64,000 nt of DNA, from assembly GCA_964016885.1 (NCBI GenBank), contig OZ024760.1, positions 13,888,001-13,952,000 on the forward strand. Reading direction: 5' to 3'. Each line of letters opens with the position of its first letter. The stretch's first letter is position 1. The notes under the pieces were generated by a model, which was given only the letters and a program-made list of their open reading frames with translations, did no database searches and was not told the DNA's origin. A program made the position numbers and the translations under genes. Of the stretch, positions 14,394-29,441 are shown one piece after another. The DNA is from Eledone cirrhosa. Taxonomy: Eukaryota.

Positions 14394-14604
14394 TTCTACC
14401 TGGAGTTGCGACCGATATATAGTACTAGCAATTGGAAAGAGCAATGGAAACATTGTTTCCTCGGTCCGATTTGACGAAAGTCGATCGAATAGATAGTTTC
14501 TGCAAATGTGTGGTCTTATCCACAGTTGAAATATCTTTAGCAGTAAGAGCACTGAAGGACTGAGTTACTACAAAGTCAGACAGAATATCTTGCAATATAT
14601 ATTT

Positions 14605-14786
14605 TGGATTGGCAGTATCGGTAGAGGGTCGGACGCCATGCTTTCCAGCATAGTTACGTCCCTTTACGATCTGAGTTCAAATCCCGCCGAGGTTGACTTT
14701 GCCTTTCATCCTTACGGGGTCGATAAAATAAAGTACCAGTAATGAACTGATTTATTGCTGGCCTTGTGCCTAAAGTAGAAACAATT
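14605..14786 (+). mobile_element. Meta-domain SINE, near full length
   Basis: Head tggcagtatcgg, B-box gagttcaaatccc, Meta core, tail; nearly identical to 35190-35374 and 59140-59305. Confidence 0.9.
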
Positions 14787-14789
14787 ATA

Positions 14790-15000
14790 TATTTAATTCT
14801 ATGTAAATGACAACGCAAGAATACACTAGAATATTAGGCAGACCAATAGACAGAACGTTTCATACAACTGACATAGATCTCCATCTTGAAAATGACAACA
14901 TATTAATTATCGTCTTGGTATTAAAAGACGGCTATAACTCTATACAGACGTTAGCTGAAAAACTGAGTAACTGCTACGACCTACCGTTGAACCAAAAAAC
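14790..15000 (-). pseudogene. Putative GPCR TM3-TM4 relic (antisense to the listed 14807-15028 ORF)
   Basis: Minus strand S*QLLSFS, then a frameshift, LYRVIAVF (tat for gat gives DRVIAV), then SVV*NVLSIGLPNIL (W...P of TM4). Confidence 0.4.
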
Positions 15001-15153
15001 CAATATTATCATTAAGGAATATAATTAGCACCACTGCAGAAATTTATGGCGCGTGTGTATATATATGTTGTCTATATGACTGTGCTGTGTTACTGTGTGT
15101 AACTGTGTGTTACTGTGTGTAACTGTGTGTACCAGACTTGAAGAATTGCAGAC

Positions 15154-15200
<47 letters not shown>

Positions 15201-15204
<4 letters not shown>

Positions 15205-15266
15205 GAAGTAGTAACACAACGGCTAGTTCATCATACTGAGAACAATTGTTTCACCTTGCGGATCTT
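15201..15266 (-). ncRNA. 5'-truncated hammerhead-like motif
   Basis: Minus strand aaga-tcc gcaa ggt-gaaa-caattg-tt-ctcag: end of CUGAAGA, GCAA-capped stem II, palindromic stem/loop III, GUU site. Confidence 0.55.
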
Positions 15267-15271
15267 ATATA

Positions 15272-15302
<31 letters not shown>

Positions 15303-15572
15303 GTAGGAGGTGAGTTTTATTGTAGTACAATAAAGCAATGCAGATATCGGGTAAGAAGCACTCTACAGTTTGTAGGACTGGAGTATACATAATATATAAG
15401 ATATATATATATATGTTGATTTAAAACTGAACTATCCACAAGTGTTTTTTAGCCTTCATATCATGTCCTCCTGTTTTATCTGATGAAAACACAAATATTA
15501 TTGCATGATGATATTTGTTTTTGAAATGCGCATAATAAAATACATGGAACTCCTTTAACCATCTTTTGTTCT

Positions 15573-15604
<32 letters not shown>

Positions 15605-15606
<2 letters not shown>

Positions 15607-15710
15607 CCTGTTGATTTCTCCCGAATGAAACAGTTCTAGTCCTGTAGAAGCCATTTATATATCGAATATTTATACACTGCTATGTATTGAGTACCTTACT
15701 GTGGTTACCC
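15605..15710 (+). mobile_element. Family A hammerhead-bearing repeat (core mutated to CUGUUGA)
   Basis: ctgttga-tttctcccgaat-gaaa-cagttctagtcctg-ta-gaag...gtattgagtaccttactgtggttacc. Confidence 0.75.
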
Positions 15711-16067
15711 TAGATACACTTATCTTACATATATACAAATATACGGAGCGAGGAAAGGCAAAGTTAATCTCATAATACAGATATGTTCAATGGTTATCTC
15801 CCTTTATTATCTCCATTTCTTTAATATTTGAGCTACCAACCCACTCTACCCCCGCTTCTTCGCATTTCTTCCTCACGTGTCATGGCGACCTTATCTCCAT
15901 ATCTAACTTATTAGTTCTTCATCAATAAATTAACTTCTCTCATTTAATTAACCTTTACAAAGGGTAATGCACAAACACACACACACACGTGCAAACATAC
16001 ATACACACATACATGCACACACAAAATACATATACATGCACACATATATGCGCAATCATAAATACAT

Positions 16068-16933
<866 letters not shown>

Positions 16934-17250
16934 AGTGGGTGTGTGTGTGCATACATATATGTGTATGCATGTATGCATGTGTGTACGAAGGCGAGCAACA
17001 GTGTAAGCATACGTGTGAATGTGTGTGTTGTGACGTTAGTAATTTCTTAGAATATTCCAGCCACCATCGAGGTGTTAATAGACATATATCTACATTGGAA
17101 TGCAACTACTGATCAAGTTATGACGTATATCACACATACACACATATTTATATATATATATATATATATACACACACATACTCACATATTTATATATATA
17201 TATTTATATATACATACACGTACACACATATATACGCATATATCTATCCA

Positions 17251-17293
<43 letters not shown>

Positions 17294-17613
17294 ATAAACA
17301 CTCTCGGAACTGTAATATCCTAAAACAGTGTTAACAAAGCAACCAGGATATCGTATCTTACACTGACATCGTCTAATGTGAGATGATTTAAAATTCAATC
17401 TTGACGATACCTTATTACAGTTACTTAGAAATTAGACAAAAAGATGACTATGTATGTATGTATGTATGTATGTATGTATGTATGTATGTATGTATGTATG
17501 TATGTATGTATATATGATTATATGTATATATGTATATATACATATATATATAGTTGAGTAGCTTTCATCTTTCAACAGTCTATATATATATTATATATAT
17601 ATATATATGTATA

Positions 17614-17683
<70 letters not shown>

Positions 17684-17714
17684 TGTAATTGTTGAAGTTT
17701 GAATGTTATTCAAC

Positions 17715-17835
17715 GATATATATATATACAGTATATATATATATACAGTATATATATATATATATATATACAGTATATATATATATATATACAGTATATA
17801 TATGTATATATATATATACAGTAGATATATATATG

Positions 17836-17869
<34 letters not shown>

Positions 17870-17977
17870 CAGTAGATATATATATATATGTATATATATA
17901 TATACAGTAGATATATATATATATATCTATATATATATATATATACATATATATATGTATATATATATATACAGTAG

Positions 17978-18062
<85 letters not shown>

Positions 18063-18394
18063 CAGTAGATATATATATATATGTATATATATATATGTAT
18101 ATATATATATGTATATATATATATGTATATATGTATATATGTATATATATATATGTATATATATATATGTATATATATATATGTATATATATATATGTAT
18201 ATATATATACAGTAGATATATATATATATATGTATATATATATATGTATATATATATGTATATATATATGTATATATATATGTATATATATATGTATATA
18301 TATATGTATATATATATGTATATATATATGTATATATATATGTATATATGTATATATATATATGTATATATATATATATGTATATATATATATG

Positions 18395-18425
<31 letters not shown>

Positions 18426-18468
18426 GTATATATATATATGTATATATATATATGTATATATATATATG

Positions 18469-18523
<55 letters not shown>

Positions 18524-18896
18524 GTATATATATATATGTATATATATATATGTATATATATATATGTATATATATATATGTATATATGTATATATATATA
18601 TGTATATATATATGTATATATGTATATGTATATATATGTATATATATATGTATATATATATGTATATATATATGTATATATATATATGTATATATATATG
18701 TATATATATATGTATATATGTATATGTATATATATGTATATATATATGTATATATATATGTATATATATATGTATATATATGTATATATATGTATGTATA
18801 TATATATATGTATATATATATATGTATATATGTATATGTATATATGTATATGTATATATATATATGTATATATATATATGTGTATATATATATATG

Positions 18897-18927
<31 letters not shown>

Positions 18928-19200
18928 GTATATATATATGTATATATATATATGTATATATATATATGTATATATGTATATATATATATGTATATATATA
19001 TATGTATATATATATATGTATATATATATATGTATATATATATATGTATATATATATATGTATATATATATGTATATATATATATGTATATATATATGTA
19101 TATATATATGTATATATATATATGTATATGTATATATATGTATATATATATATATATATATGTGTATATATATATACTGTATATACATGTAGTGTATATA
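17715..19200. repeat. Long (TA)nTG microsatellite with cagtaga anchors
   Basis: Directly visible. Confidence 0.95.
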
Positions 19201-19507
19201 TCATAATGAAACTGTTTGTAAATCATTTACGAAAGACAATATGGCAGGAGAAATGATAATATATATCTGTAGAATTTGATAGTAATTGCTTTCGACATTT
19301 CAGATGTAGAATACGAGTTAGAGGTGGTGGCTAACATTGTGTAGTACATACACACACACAGAGCCAAACACCTACATACACACACATACCGACACACAGA
19401 CAGACACCCACACACGCGCACAGATATATATATATATATATTTACATTCACACAATTACTTTATGTGGATTTATACACTTATGTATTTGCATACATACAT
19501 CTTAACA

Positions 19508-19656
<149 letters not shown>

Positions 19657-19665
19657 ATATATATG

Positions 19666-19716
<51 letters not shown>

Positions 19717-19799
19717 GTATATATGTATATATATATATATATGTATATATGTATATATATATATATGTATATATGTATATATATATATATGTATATATG

Positions 19800-19830
<31 letters not shown>

Positions 19831-19945
19831 GTATATATATGTATATATATATATATGTATATATATGTATATATATATATATGTATATATATGTATATAT
19901 ATATATATGTATATATATGTATATATATATATATGTATATATATG

Positions 19946-19997
<52 letters not shown>

Positions 19998-20001
<4 letters not shown>

Positions 20002-20058
20002 TTCGGATCTAGCTATTGAAACGGCAGGAGCTCAACCGTCGGGATTCTGACTCTTTTC

Positions 20059-20060
<2 letters not shown>
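19998..20060 (+). mobile_element. Diverged family B hammerhead-half fragment
   Basis: tga-gttcggatctagctatt-gaaac-ggcaggagctcaacc-gtc-ggga. Confidence 0.6.
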
Positions 20061-20103
<43 letters not shown>

Positions 20104-20260
20104 TAACATATTAAAGTCACCCTTAACAGGATCTTCTGAGACTATGTTTCCTCTACAGTTTTATATATTTTATATATACGCGTATATTATCTTTATCGAG
20201 CCCTCTTCGGATTTTATTCTTCACGTCCTTTATTATTAGTATATATATATATATATCTAT

Positions 20261-20604
20261 CTAAGGCGGGTAAAATTCCCGAGATCCATGGACGAGTTCT
20301 CTCCAGCGGTCTCTGTCCCTCATCATCGCTGCCATATCCTGCATCTCCAACAGACCAGTGTCTGTCCTTAGGGCATCAACATATGTTAACCTTGGTCTTC
20401 CTCTTCTAGTGTGTCCATGTAGGGGCTCCCAAAGGAGCACTGAGTGCAATGTCAACTCTGGATGTCGGTGAGCATGTCCAGCCAACCTCAGTCTCCTCTG
20501 TGTCACTTTTGAGCTGACTTTTGGGATGCTCCCATACAGCTCTGAGTTTTTCATCCTCAGTGTATACTGATTAATGTTCAGAGCCATCCTCAGCATTCTC
20601 GTGT
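20261..20604 (-). mobile_element. 5'-truncated RTE-clade LINE, ORF C-terminus uninterrupted
   Basis: MLRMALNI...RRLRLAGHAHRH...LLWEP...RRGRPRLTYVD...DRDRWR is the typical RTE post-RT domain. Confidence 0.9.
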
Positions 20605-20657
20605 ATATATATATATAGTATATATATATATATACTAATAATACTAAAAAGTAGTCA

Positions 20658-20703
<46 letters not shown>

Positions 20704-20758
20704 TAATAATACTGAAAAGTAGTCAATATATATATGTATATATATATATGTATATATG

Positions 20759-20792
<34 letters not shown>

Positions 20793-21236
20793 TATTTATA
20801 AATGACCATTTGGTAGATATGTGTGCGAGCTGTATTTTAGATATTCGTGAGAAAATGTGAGAGACTTGAGAAAGCTGGAGTAATATTGCACGTAAATGTC
20901 TCTTTCTGTATAAGTCTGTACCGAGAGGGGAAAAGTTTATGATACACTGTAATAAAAACAGCATTGTAATCACAATTGTAACCTTACCAAAAACACTAAA
21001 ACACAACCGCCATTGAGGGCAACACATTCGCACCACCAAGACCTTCTACTGACTCAATGACGGCCACTATGATCACTCATAACTACCTGAATCATCAGCA
21101 TCGCTGACACTACGATACTACATGTAGAAGGAGGAGAGGAAGGGGAGGAAGGAGACGAAGAAGTAGAAGGAAACGAAGAAGAGGTGAAGGTGACGAAAGA
21201 GATGACACAAGAGACAAGAGGAGGAGGAAGAAGACA

Positions 21237-21940
21237 TCAACATCAACACCACCACCAGCAGCACCACCACCACCATCAATGCCAATACCACCACCATCAA
21301 AAACACCAACACCAACATCATCAACACCACTAACACCACCAACAACACCACCACCACCACCACCACCACCAGCACCACCAACACCAGCACCAACACCACT
21401 AACACCACTACTACCACCAACACCAACATCATCAACACCAACACCACTAACACCAGCACCAACACCAGCACCAACACCAACATCATCAACACCACCACCA
21501 CTAACACCACCACTAACACCACCACCAACACCACCACCAACACCACCACCAACACCACCACCAACACCACCACCAACACCACCACCAACACCACCACCAA
21601 CACCACCACCAACACCACCACCAACACCACCACCAACACCACCACCAACACCACCACCAACACCACCACCAACACCAGCACCAACACCAGCACCAACACC
21701 AGCACCAACACCAGCACTAACACCACTAACACCACTACTACCACCAACACCAACATCATCAACACCACCACCAACACCACTAACACCAACACCAACACCA
21801 ACATCATCAACACCACCACCACTAACACCACCACTAACACCACCACTAACATCACCACTAACACCACCACTAACATCACCACTAACACCACCACTAACAC
21901 CACCAACACCACTACCACCTCCAACAACAACAACATCAAA
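21237..21940. repeat. (CCA/ACA)n tract
   Basis: Directly visible; source of the spurious Pro/Thr and Gly/Val ORFs. Confidence 0.95.
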
Positions 21941-22734
21941 CATAAATATAATAATATTCTCCTACGAACGAAGTCCAACATCAATTACAACCCGAATTCT
22001 ATCTACAATTCTCCAAAGAAAACAATAAAAACAACATCCGTAACTCTAATAGAAAGTAACACAACAGCAATAACTGTGATAAAGTTAACTTTGCACAAAA
22101 ACGAGATTTCAATATTTTTCCAAGAGTTGCTGATATGTTTTTTGTTATTGTTGGTTTTTGGTGTTTTTGTTGTTGTTCTTGTTGTATTTTTCTTTTGTTT
22201 TGTTGTTGCTTTTGTTACTTTTTTCTTCTGAGGGCAAGATTGGTTGGTATTCACTACAATACAAGCGAAACTTGGTCATAAACGTCAGTATTTTAGTGGA
22301 GATCTACAGAAACAAACTGACATTTTACGATGGTTTGTGTCTTAATCACTTTTGCAGTAGAATAGACTTTGAATAAATGTAGCTATGTAATGGCTTTGAT
22401 TTTTCGCCAAGACATTGATTTGTGATCAGCAAACACGCAGGGAAATAGATATTGAAATTTATACGTAAATGATTGAATCTTGTAGCGATGTTGTTTCCTT
22501 CAATATTCTGTCCGTGTGTGAGAGGCGGAGTGTGGCGAGGAGAATACCTGTGTGGCAGTCAATATTTGATTAAGATTTTCGAGAGTCAAGAACATTTTAG
22601 AACTTCAATTATCGAACAGAGAGGAAAAGTAACATAACATTACTTAACCTTAAAAAGGTACAATTGTATTGTAATGTTTCAAACAAAGATCTTTAAAATT
22701 CATCGGTGGGAATGACGGAGAGGAGTTGATATAA

Positions 22735-23522
22735 CCTCTAATAAATAGTTTGGTTGTTCTAAGTTCATGTCTTGTTACAGGCATACATTATGTAGTGGTG
22801 GTAATACATTCTCAGGAGAGCTGGACAGCAGGTCTTCAGAGAAGAAACCCCTCTCTAGTAAGTGTATTTGCCCTTGTGGTCGTAAGTTCATATCATGTTA
22901 TAAACATACATTATGTAGTGGTGGTAAGAAGTTCCAAGAAGATTTGGACAGAAACCTTCCCCAAGCTAGTGTTTCGGTCTTTAATCTCTAATAAATAGTT
23001 TAGTGGTTGTAAGTTCATATCATGTTACAGACATGCATTATATGATGGTGGTAAGAAGCTCTCAAGAGAGCTGGACAGCAGGTCTTCGAAGAAGAAACCC
23101 ACCCAAAGAAAGTGTTTCGGCTTTTAACCTCTAATAAATATTTTGGTGGTTGTAAGTTCATATGTTACAGGAATGCATTATGTTGTGGTGGTAAGAAGCT
23201 CTCAGAAGAGATGGTTCTCAGAAGAAGGGCTTCAGAGAAGAAACACCCTCATCAAGCAAGTGTTTCGATCCCGAATTTCTGTAACTCTATAATTATAAAC
23301 TGTAATAAATAGTTTGGTGGTTGTAAGTTCATATCTTGTTACAGGAATACATTATACTGTGGGGGTAAGATATTCTCAGGAGAGCTGGACAGCAGAAGAA
23401 GGTCTTCAGAGAAGAACCCCCCCCCCCCCCCCACTCAATGAAGTTTTTCAGCCATTAACTTCTATAACTGTAGCCTCTAAGAAATAGTTTGGTGGCTGAA
23501 CGTTCATAACTTGTTACAGGCA
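22735..23522. repeat. Diverged ~120-175-bp tandem repeat, about 6 units
   Basis: Recurring ctctaataaatagtttggtggttgtaagttcatat...ttacagg...ctggacagcaggtcttcagagaagaaaccc. Confidence 0.85.
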
Positions 23523-23685
23523 TGGATAGACAGTAATCGGGAGAACGTCGGACAACAAGCTTTACAGCATATAGTCACATCCCTTTACGTTCTGAGTTCA
23601 AATCCCGCCGATATTAGCTTTGCTTTTCATCCTTACAAGGTCGATATGATAAACTGGGCTCGATTTAATCGACTAACCCCTCCCA
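23522..23685 (+). mobile_element. Meta-domain SINE, diverged
   Basis: ttctgagttcaaatcccgccga...tttcatccttacaaggtcgat. Confidence 0.8.
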
Positions 23686-23804
23686 ACAGATAATTTGACT
23701 ATGGAGATATAAAAGATACAGAAACGAAAACCAATCCAAAATAAACAGTGAGTGTGTTCTGTTATTTCTGGCAATATTATAACAATATGACCCTCCCCAA
23801 ATAT

Positions 23805-23838
<34 letters not shown>

Positions 23839-23843
<5 letters not shown>

Positions 23844-23911
23844 AACGAGTAGGACCCCGACTGTTTTGGTGCGTTATGGTCCACCTGGTCCTTACCACAT
23901 TTCCTTCGTTA
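23839..23911 (+). mobile_element. Family B repeat with 5' inversion
   Basis: The first ~23 bp are the reverse complement of the segment starting at the predicted cleavage site, joined to the forward 3' end. Confidence 0.75.
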
Positions 23912-24084
23912 TATATATATATATGTATATATGTATATATATATATATGTATTTATATATATGTATATGTATTTATATATATATATATATATACACAGTG
24001 GTATATGTATATTCATGATAGCAGTGTCCATTTAGAGAGGACAGAATTAATTTTAAAGAGCAGCAACACGAAAACCTATGATAT

Positions 24085-24285
24085 ATATATATATTAAATG
24101 TATACATAGATATACATCTATATATTATATATGTTTATATATATATATATATTAAATGCATACATAGATGTATATCTATATATTATATATGTTTATATAT
24201 ATATGTTATATGGATACATAGATGTATATAGATGTATATCTAATATATATATATTATATATATTATATATTAATATATAATATAT

Positions 24286-24316
<31 letters not shown>

Positions 24317-24440
24317 ATATATATATTATATATATATATTATATATATATATATATATATTATATGTATACATAGATGTATATCTACATATTATATATAT
24401 ATATATATATATATATTATAAGTATACATAGATGTAGATC

Positions 24441-24481
<41 letters not shown>

Positions 24482-24955
24482 GTATACATAGATGTATATC
24501 TATATATTATATATGTTTATATATATATTAAATGTATACATAGATGTATATCTATATATTATATGTTTATATATATATATTATATGTATACATAGATGTA
24601 TATCTATATATTATATATATATATATTTATAATATATGTATACATAGATGTATATCTATATATCTATATATTATATATGTTTATATATATATATATATAT
24701 TATATGTATACATAGATGTATATATATATATTATATGTATACATAGATGTATATCTATATATATTATATGTATACATAGATGTATATCTATATATTATAT
24801 ATGTTTATATTTATATATATATATATATATGTATACATAGATGTATATCTATATATTATATATATAAATATATATATAAATATATATATAAATATATATT
24901 ATATATATATATAATATATATATATATATACAGAGAGAGAGAGAGAAAGAGAGAT
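24085..24955. repeat. AT-rich minisatellite (tgtatacatagatgtatatcta anchor)
   Basis: Directly visible. Confidence 0.9.
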
Positions 24956-25200
24956 ACAACGACTGCCAGGTAAGGATGGTAGTTTGTGTCATATTTAGAT
25001 GAAGTTCGATCAATGTATGCAGTTGACAATAAAGGGAAGTAAGCTGCAATGCAGAAGGTAGGCTTTGTTCAATATCGACCATTATAATTATTAACAACCA
25101 TATTGTAACAGTTTCTCTTTTATCGTTAATGCCCTGGCGGCTTAACAACACGAACATATCAACTTATTCCATAAATCTCTCCACTATAAATCCGCATCAT
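24955..25200 (-). pseudogene. Putative GPCR TM1-TM3 relic
   Basis: FVLLSRQGINDKRETVTIWLLIIIMVD...SLYCQLHTLIELHLNMTQTTILTWQSL (ICL1, TM2 Asp, ECL1 Cys-x-L-H). Confidence 0.45.
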
Positions 25201-25719
25201 TGTATCCATATGAAATAATTATGGCTATCGAAGACATAGTTAGAAATATTTCACATATGTTTCTAATGCATTTGGAGGAGACGTGAATTTCATGAGATAC
25301 TGTTTATAATATTTCCAATAAATTATAGACAAAATGGATGGAATGAAGCTGGGCAAAATGCATGAAGTAATATTGAACTATAAAATAATAGACCTTTATA
25401 TCATATATCTGTGTAGTCGTTTGTTGTTGTCACCGTTGTTGTTGTCACCATCGTTGTTGTCGTTGTTGTTGCTGTTGTTTTAATATTATATTTGTGGTAA
25501 AACTTGTCAAGTATCTCTGCACGACTCATTTAATCTTCCAATCAAGTATATATGTTACGCAATTTATAAGGCGTCAGTCACCGACTCCTCTCATAATAAA
25601 TACATATTGAGGAACATTTATTATCTGTTATTGCTATACTGACACACAAATATCACAGAATAAATAGTATAACGGGTGAGATAATGTATAAAATTGTGTT
25701 TTAAAATTTAAATCCTGGG

Positions 25720-26003
25720 ATCACTATCTTTAGTTCAGTATTTGTGCCAACTCTTACCCATGGTCATGAATCTCCGGTACTATGAGCATGTGTTTAGAAT
25801 GGGGTTCCTTCGAAGGGTCTTTGAGGTAGCGTTATTCAATAGAGTGCTTAGCTCGGAGATCAGCGAATCACTCCACGTAGAGCCGCTACTTTTCTGAATT
25901 GAGAGATCACAGCTCTGAAACTATGAGCATGTGATTAGAATGTCTCAGGAAAGAATCGCCGGACAGATTTTACGGGCAAAACCAACCGACAGGAGACTCG
26001 GGC
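25720..26003 (+). mobile_element. RTE (Expander/Rex3-type) LINE fragment
   Basis: FVPTLTHGHES / MGFLRRV...SSEISESLHVEPLLF*IERSQL*NYEHVIRM matches the Rex3/Expander C-terminal region. Confidence 0.85.
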
Positions 26004-26659
26004 ATATTTCTTGTACGGGGTTGAAAATTAGAAACTGTGTATGGGATTAAAAAGAATATAATAATAAATAAAAACGAAAAATTGCCACAAAACAGGCAGA
26101 AATTTCGCGGTAGACAATTCACCAGACAGTGAAAGCATTTCAGTAAAAACCGATTCGAGAGAACAGTTATTCCGGATACTAACCTCTCTGTCAATTCCTC
26201 GCACTTAAAGTGAAAGTATTTCAGTAAAAACCAATTCGATTAACGTGGAAACTAACTTCTCTTTATTATATTCGAACTCTTTCAGTGCTAATTTACAAAA
26301 TTATGCAGAAATTAACACAAGCACTTGGTTCAGGATTCAAATATTCATTTTCGTGGTAGTCCATTTTCATTCTATTCATAATCAATAAATCTTTCAATAA
26401 TTTAAAACGCTGAAAAATTATTTTTTATTTTTGTGTATATGTGATAACGATGGCGGCTAATTCTTTGTAAAGGATTTTCTTTTCTTTTTTATTTTGTTCA
26501 AAAGATTATATCTTCAGTGCATTACTGGTGCAATTTAATCAATTCCATGCAATTTAAAAAACTCTATCTTGATTACCATGTGAATGTAAAACACAGAAAA
26601 CGATGATGAAAAATTTCCCATTTTATGACATTAAATAATGGTTTTTGAAATAGACGTAA

Positions 26660-26782
26660 CCACGACAATTTTTGCGGGGAGGGAAAAGTCGACTAAATCA
26701 ACCCTAGTGCATAACTGGTACTTTATTTTATCGATCCTGTAAGAATGAAAGGCAAAACTAACCTCGACAGAATTTGAAATCA
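26660..26782 (-). mobile_element. Meta-domain SINE fragment
   Basis: ctggtactttattttatcgatcctgtaagaatgaaaggcaaa. Confidence 0.8.
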
Positions 26783-26799
26783 GGTAAGTAAACGCCCAT

Positions 26800-27072
26800 A
26801 ACAGCTGAGCTGTGGTTAAACAGTAACAACGGACTATCTTTGATCAATATAAACCTAACCAGAGCTGAGCTTGGGTTAAACAAAAACAAAGGACGATCTT
26901 TCATCAAGATATACCTAATCAGAGTTGAGCTGGGGTTAAACAAGAAAGATCAAACTATCTTTGATCAATATATACCCAATCAAAGCTGAGCTGGGGTTAA
27001 ACAAGAAAGATCAAACTATCTTTGATCAATATATACCCAATCAGAGCTGAGCTGGGATTAAAGAAAGATCAA
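26800..27072. repeat. ~60-bp tandem repeat, 4-5 units
   Basis: agagctgagctggggttaaacaagaaagatcaaactatctttgatcaatatatacccaatc. Confidence 0.9.
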
Positions 27073-28134
27073 CTGATGCCATTGCTAAAGGTTTGTCATA
27101 AATCGATATTTTTGGTCTCTCATAACTTTAAAGCCAACGGATTGAGTTATATATATAAGGATTTAGAAAGGTTTGCCTGTGATTCTGATTAGATCTTATT
27201 TCTGCTCTTAAATATTTCCTGTTATATCTGCTTCTTAAAGATAAATTTTACACCAAACCGATCGATCGGTCGCTCCTTTTTCCTGTATGGTATAATAATG
27301 GGCTAAATAGGATATTAACATGTTTAATATGAAACTACTTTGATAAATGGTACAGTAACGAGTTATATATAGCAATAGTTTAACTAGAATAATGATGATG
27401 ATGATGATGATAATAATAATAATAATATTGATGAATATATGGAGGGAAATGATTTGAAGAAATCTTAAAGAACGGAAATTGATAATTTCAACCCATAAGA
27501 AAATCATTGCGTTTCTCTATCTTCTCTATTTTCTTTTCTTTTTCCGATCATAAAATATTTTGTTCAATAGAAATTCACTGTCAGTTAAGATAATTTGATT
27601 TTATAATACTAACAAAAAAAGAAGAATACCGAAACGAAATACTAAAAGCATGAACTAATGGGAACATGTGGTAATTATTTAACAGTATTTGAAATCTTAT
27701 AAGTGAAGCTATATAAGCGTAGTAGTAAAATCTGGTAATATATATATCCACTCAGAGATTATTGTACTTTCTTTTTCATTTATATTTCAATTATAAATTT
27801 AATAGATTTTAAAATAAACTTCGAAACTAGTTATGGTTTCTTTAGAATTAGTCACCACCATCATTTTTCTGTAGAATTTATCTTCTTCCCCGACATGATA
27901 AAAAGAATATACAGCCTAACCACTTCTATCTAGATTTTCGTTGTTGATCTTTTTGTCTGTCTGTTCGTCTAAAAGTTAGTCAGTTTTCAATTTTTATGTG
28001 AAAAAGTCTTAACAATCATGTTCTATTCATTTGCTATATCTGTTACCATCAATTCACTGAGCAACACCAAACTGCATTATGACTGTTGTCAGCTCAACCA
28101 AATATCTAGTCGTTATCTCTTTAATTCGTTCTTT

Positions 28135-28228
<94 letters not shown>

Positions 28229-28231
28229 TGT

Positions 28232-28284
28232 ATGTAGAAGGTAAACAGAAATAACAACACAATCGGTACAGTATATGGAAGGGA
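28232..28284 (-). mobile_element. Family C 3' fragment
   Basis: Reverse complement of 3700-3752. Confidence 0.75.
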
Positions 28285-28455
28285 TATATTATATATATAT
28301 ATAATGTATAGTGGTAAAACAGGGGGAGGTCATCTCTATAGACAGTAGAGCTCACAGTCCAAAGGATGAGTTCGGTATAAATTTAGTTCCATAGCATAAT
28401 AGCAAACCATACTCGAGGTCGCACGTTTCACCAAACGGATTCTCAACTCGAGTGA

Positions 28456-28507
<52 letters not shown>

Positions 28508-28579
28508 TGTATATATCATAATGAATATATATATAATGGCTGCAAACTCTGCTAAGAGTATTACAATTGCTTGTCATAT

Positions 28580-28835
28580 TCAGATGTGTGACACTCGGAT
28601 ATGGCTTTTGAAGCCTGCTAGAGCCTTGCGTACCTTCGCACATTGACAACAACTATGGATCTCCCTGGCCTGAGGTCTTACATCAGGTTGCCTGTGGACA
28701 TTCACAATATTGTGGAGATCATAGCTCACTGGTTCTCTTTCAGCATGGCTGCGACTTTGGCTCCTGAGACCAGATTTCCTCAAGCCAATTTTTCGACACT
28801 CAGGGCACTTCAATTCAATGGAGACACCGATATAT
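28580..28835 (-). mobile_element. C2H2 zinc-finger tail, most likely of an RTE/BovB-type LINE ORF
   Basis: CPECRKIGLRKSGLRSQSRSH and CCQCAKVRKALAGFKSHIRVSH directly before the stop codon. Confidence 0.6.
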
Positions 28836-29334
28836 AGTGCCTGAAAGTAGTTTTATGCAGATTAAATATTCCGTATTAATCTATTAACACACATTTACAG
28901 CATGATTGGGGGACCAGAAGCTAGAAAAGAGACGTTAGTATGATATATCTGGTGTTTATTTGAAAACGAAACGAAAACCAAAACAGAATTCCATTTTTTC
29001 CAAGGTACACAATACCCTTGTTGATCACTGTATCTTTAACTAAACCACAATTCTCTATATTTGATGCTGCAATCATATTTTCTATATCCATGATGTCTTT
29101 TATAAAGCTAGCTGTCTTTAAGTAGATTTTCCCTCCATTTTCTCTTCTTATCGTTCTATATTTACCCTCAACGCTTTACAATATATAATCCGATTTATTC
29201 ATACTAACTGAATCCAAATGACACCTTCTTTTACTTTCTATAGATTTTCAACAATTGATTGTAAATAGAAAGGCTTTACATTCTGTCATCGTATTCCTAT
29301 CTTCATAACGAATTACTTCTAATACGCTAGACAA

Positions 29335-29368
<34 letters not shown>

Positions 29369-29441
29369 GTTGTTATTGTTGTTGTTATTGTTATTGTTAT
29401 TGTTATTGTTGTTGTTATTATTATCATTATGGTCATCATTA

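Noticed and set aside
14807-15028. 73-aa plus-strand ORF as a real gene
   Set aside because: No recognisable domain; better explained as the antisense frame of a GPCR-like relic
21062-21102. Hammerhead-like ctgatga...tgatca-ta on the minus strand
   Set aside because: GAAA is absent and there is no stem I pairing
21110-22028. Pro/Thr-rich or Gly/Val-rich structural protein ORFs
   Set aside because: Pure CCA/ACA repeat open in several frames on both strands, with no convincing start, splice sites or unique domain
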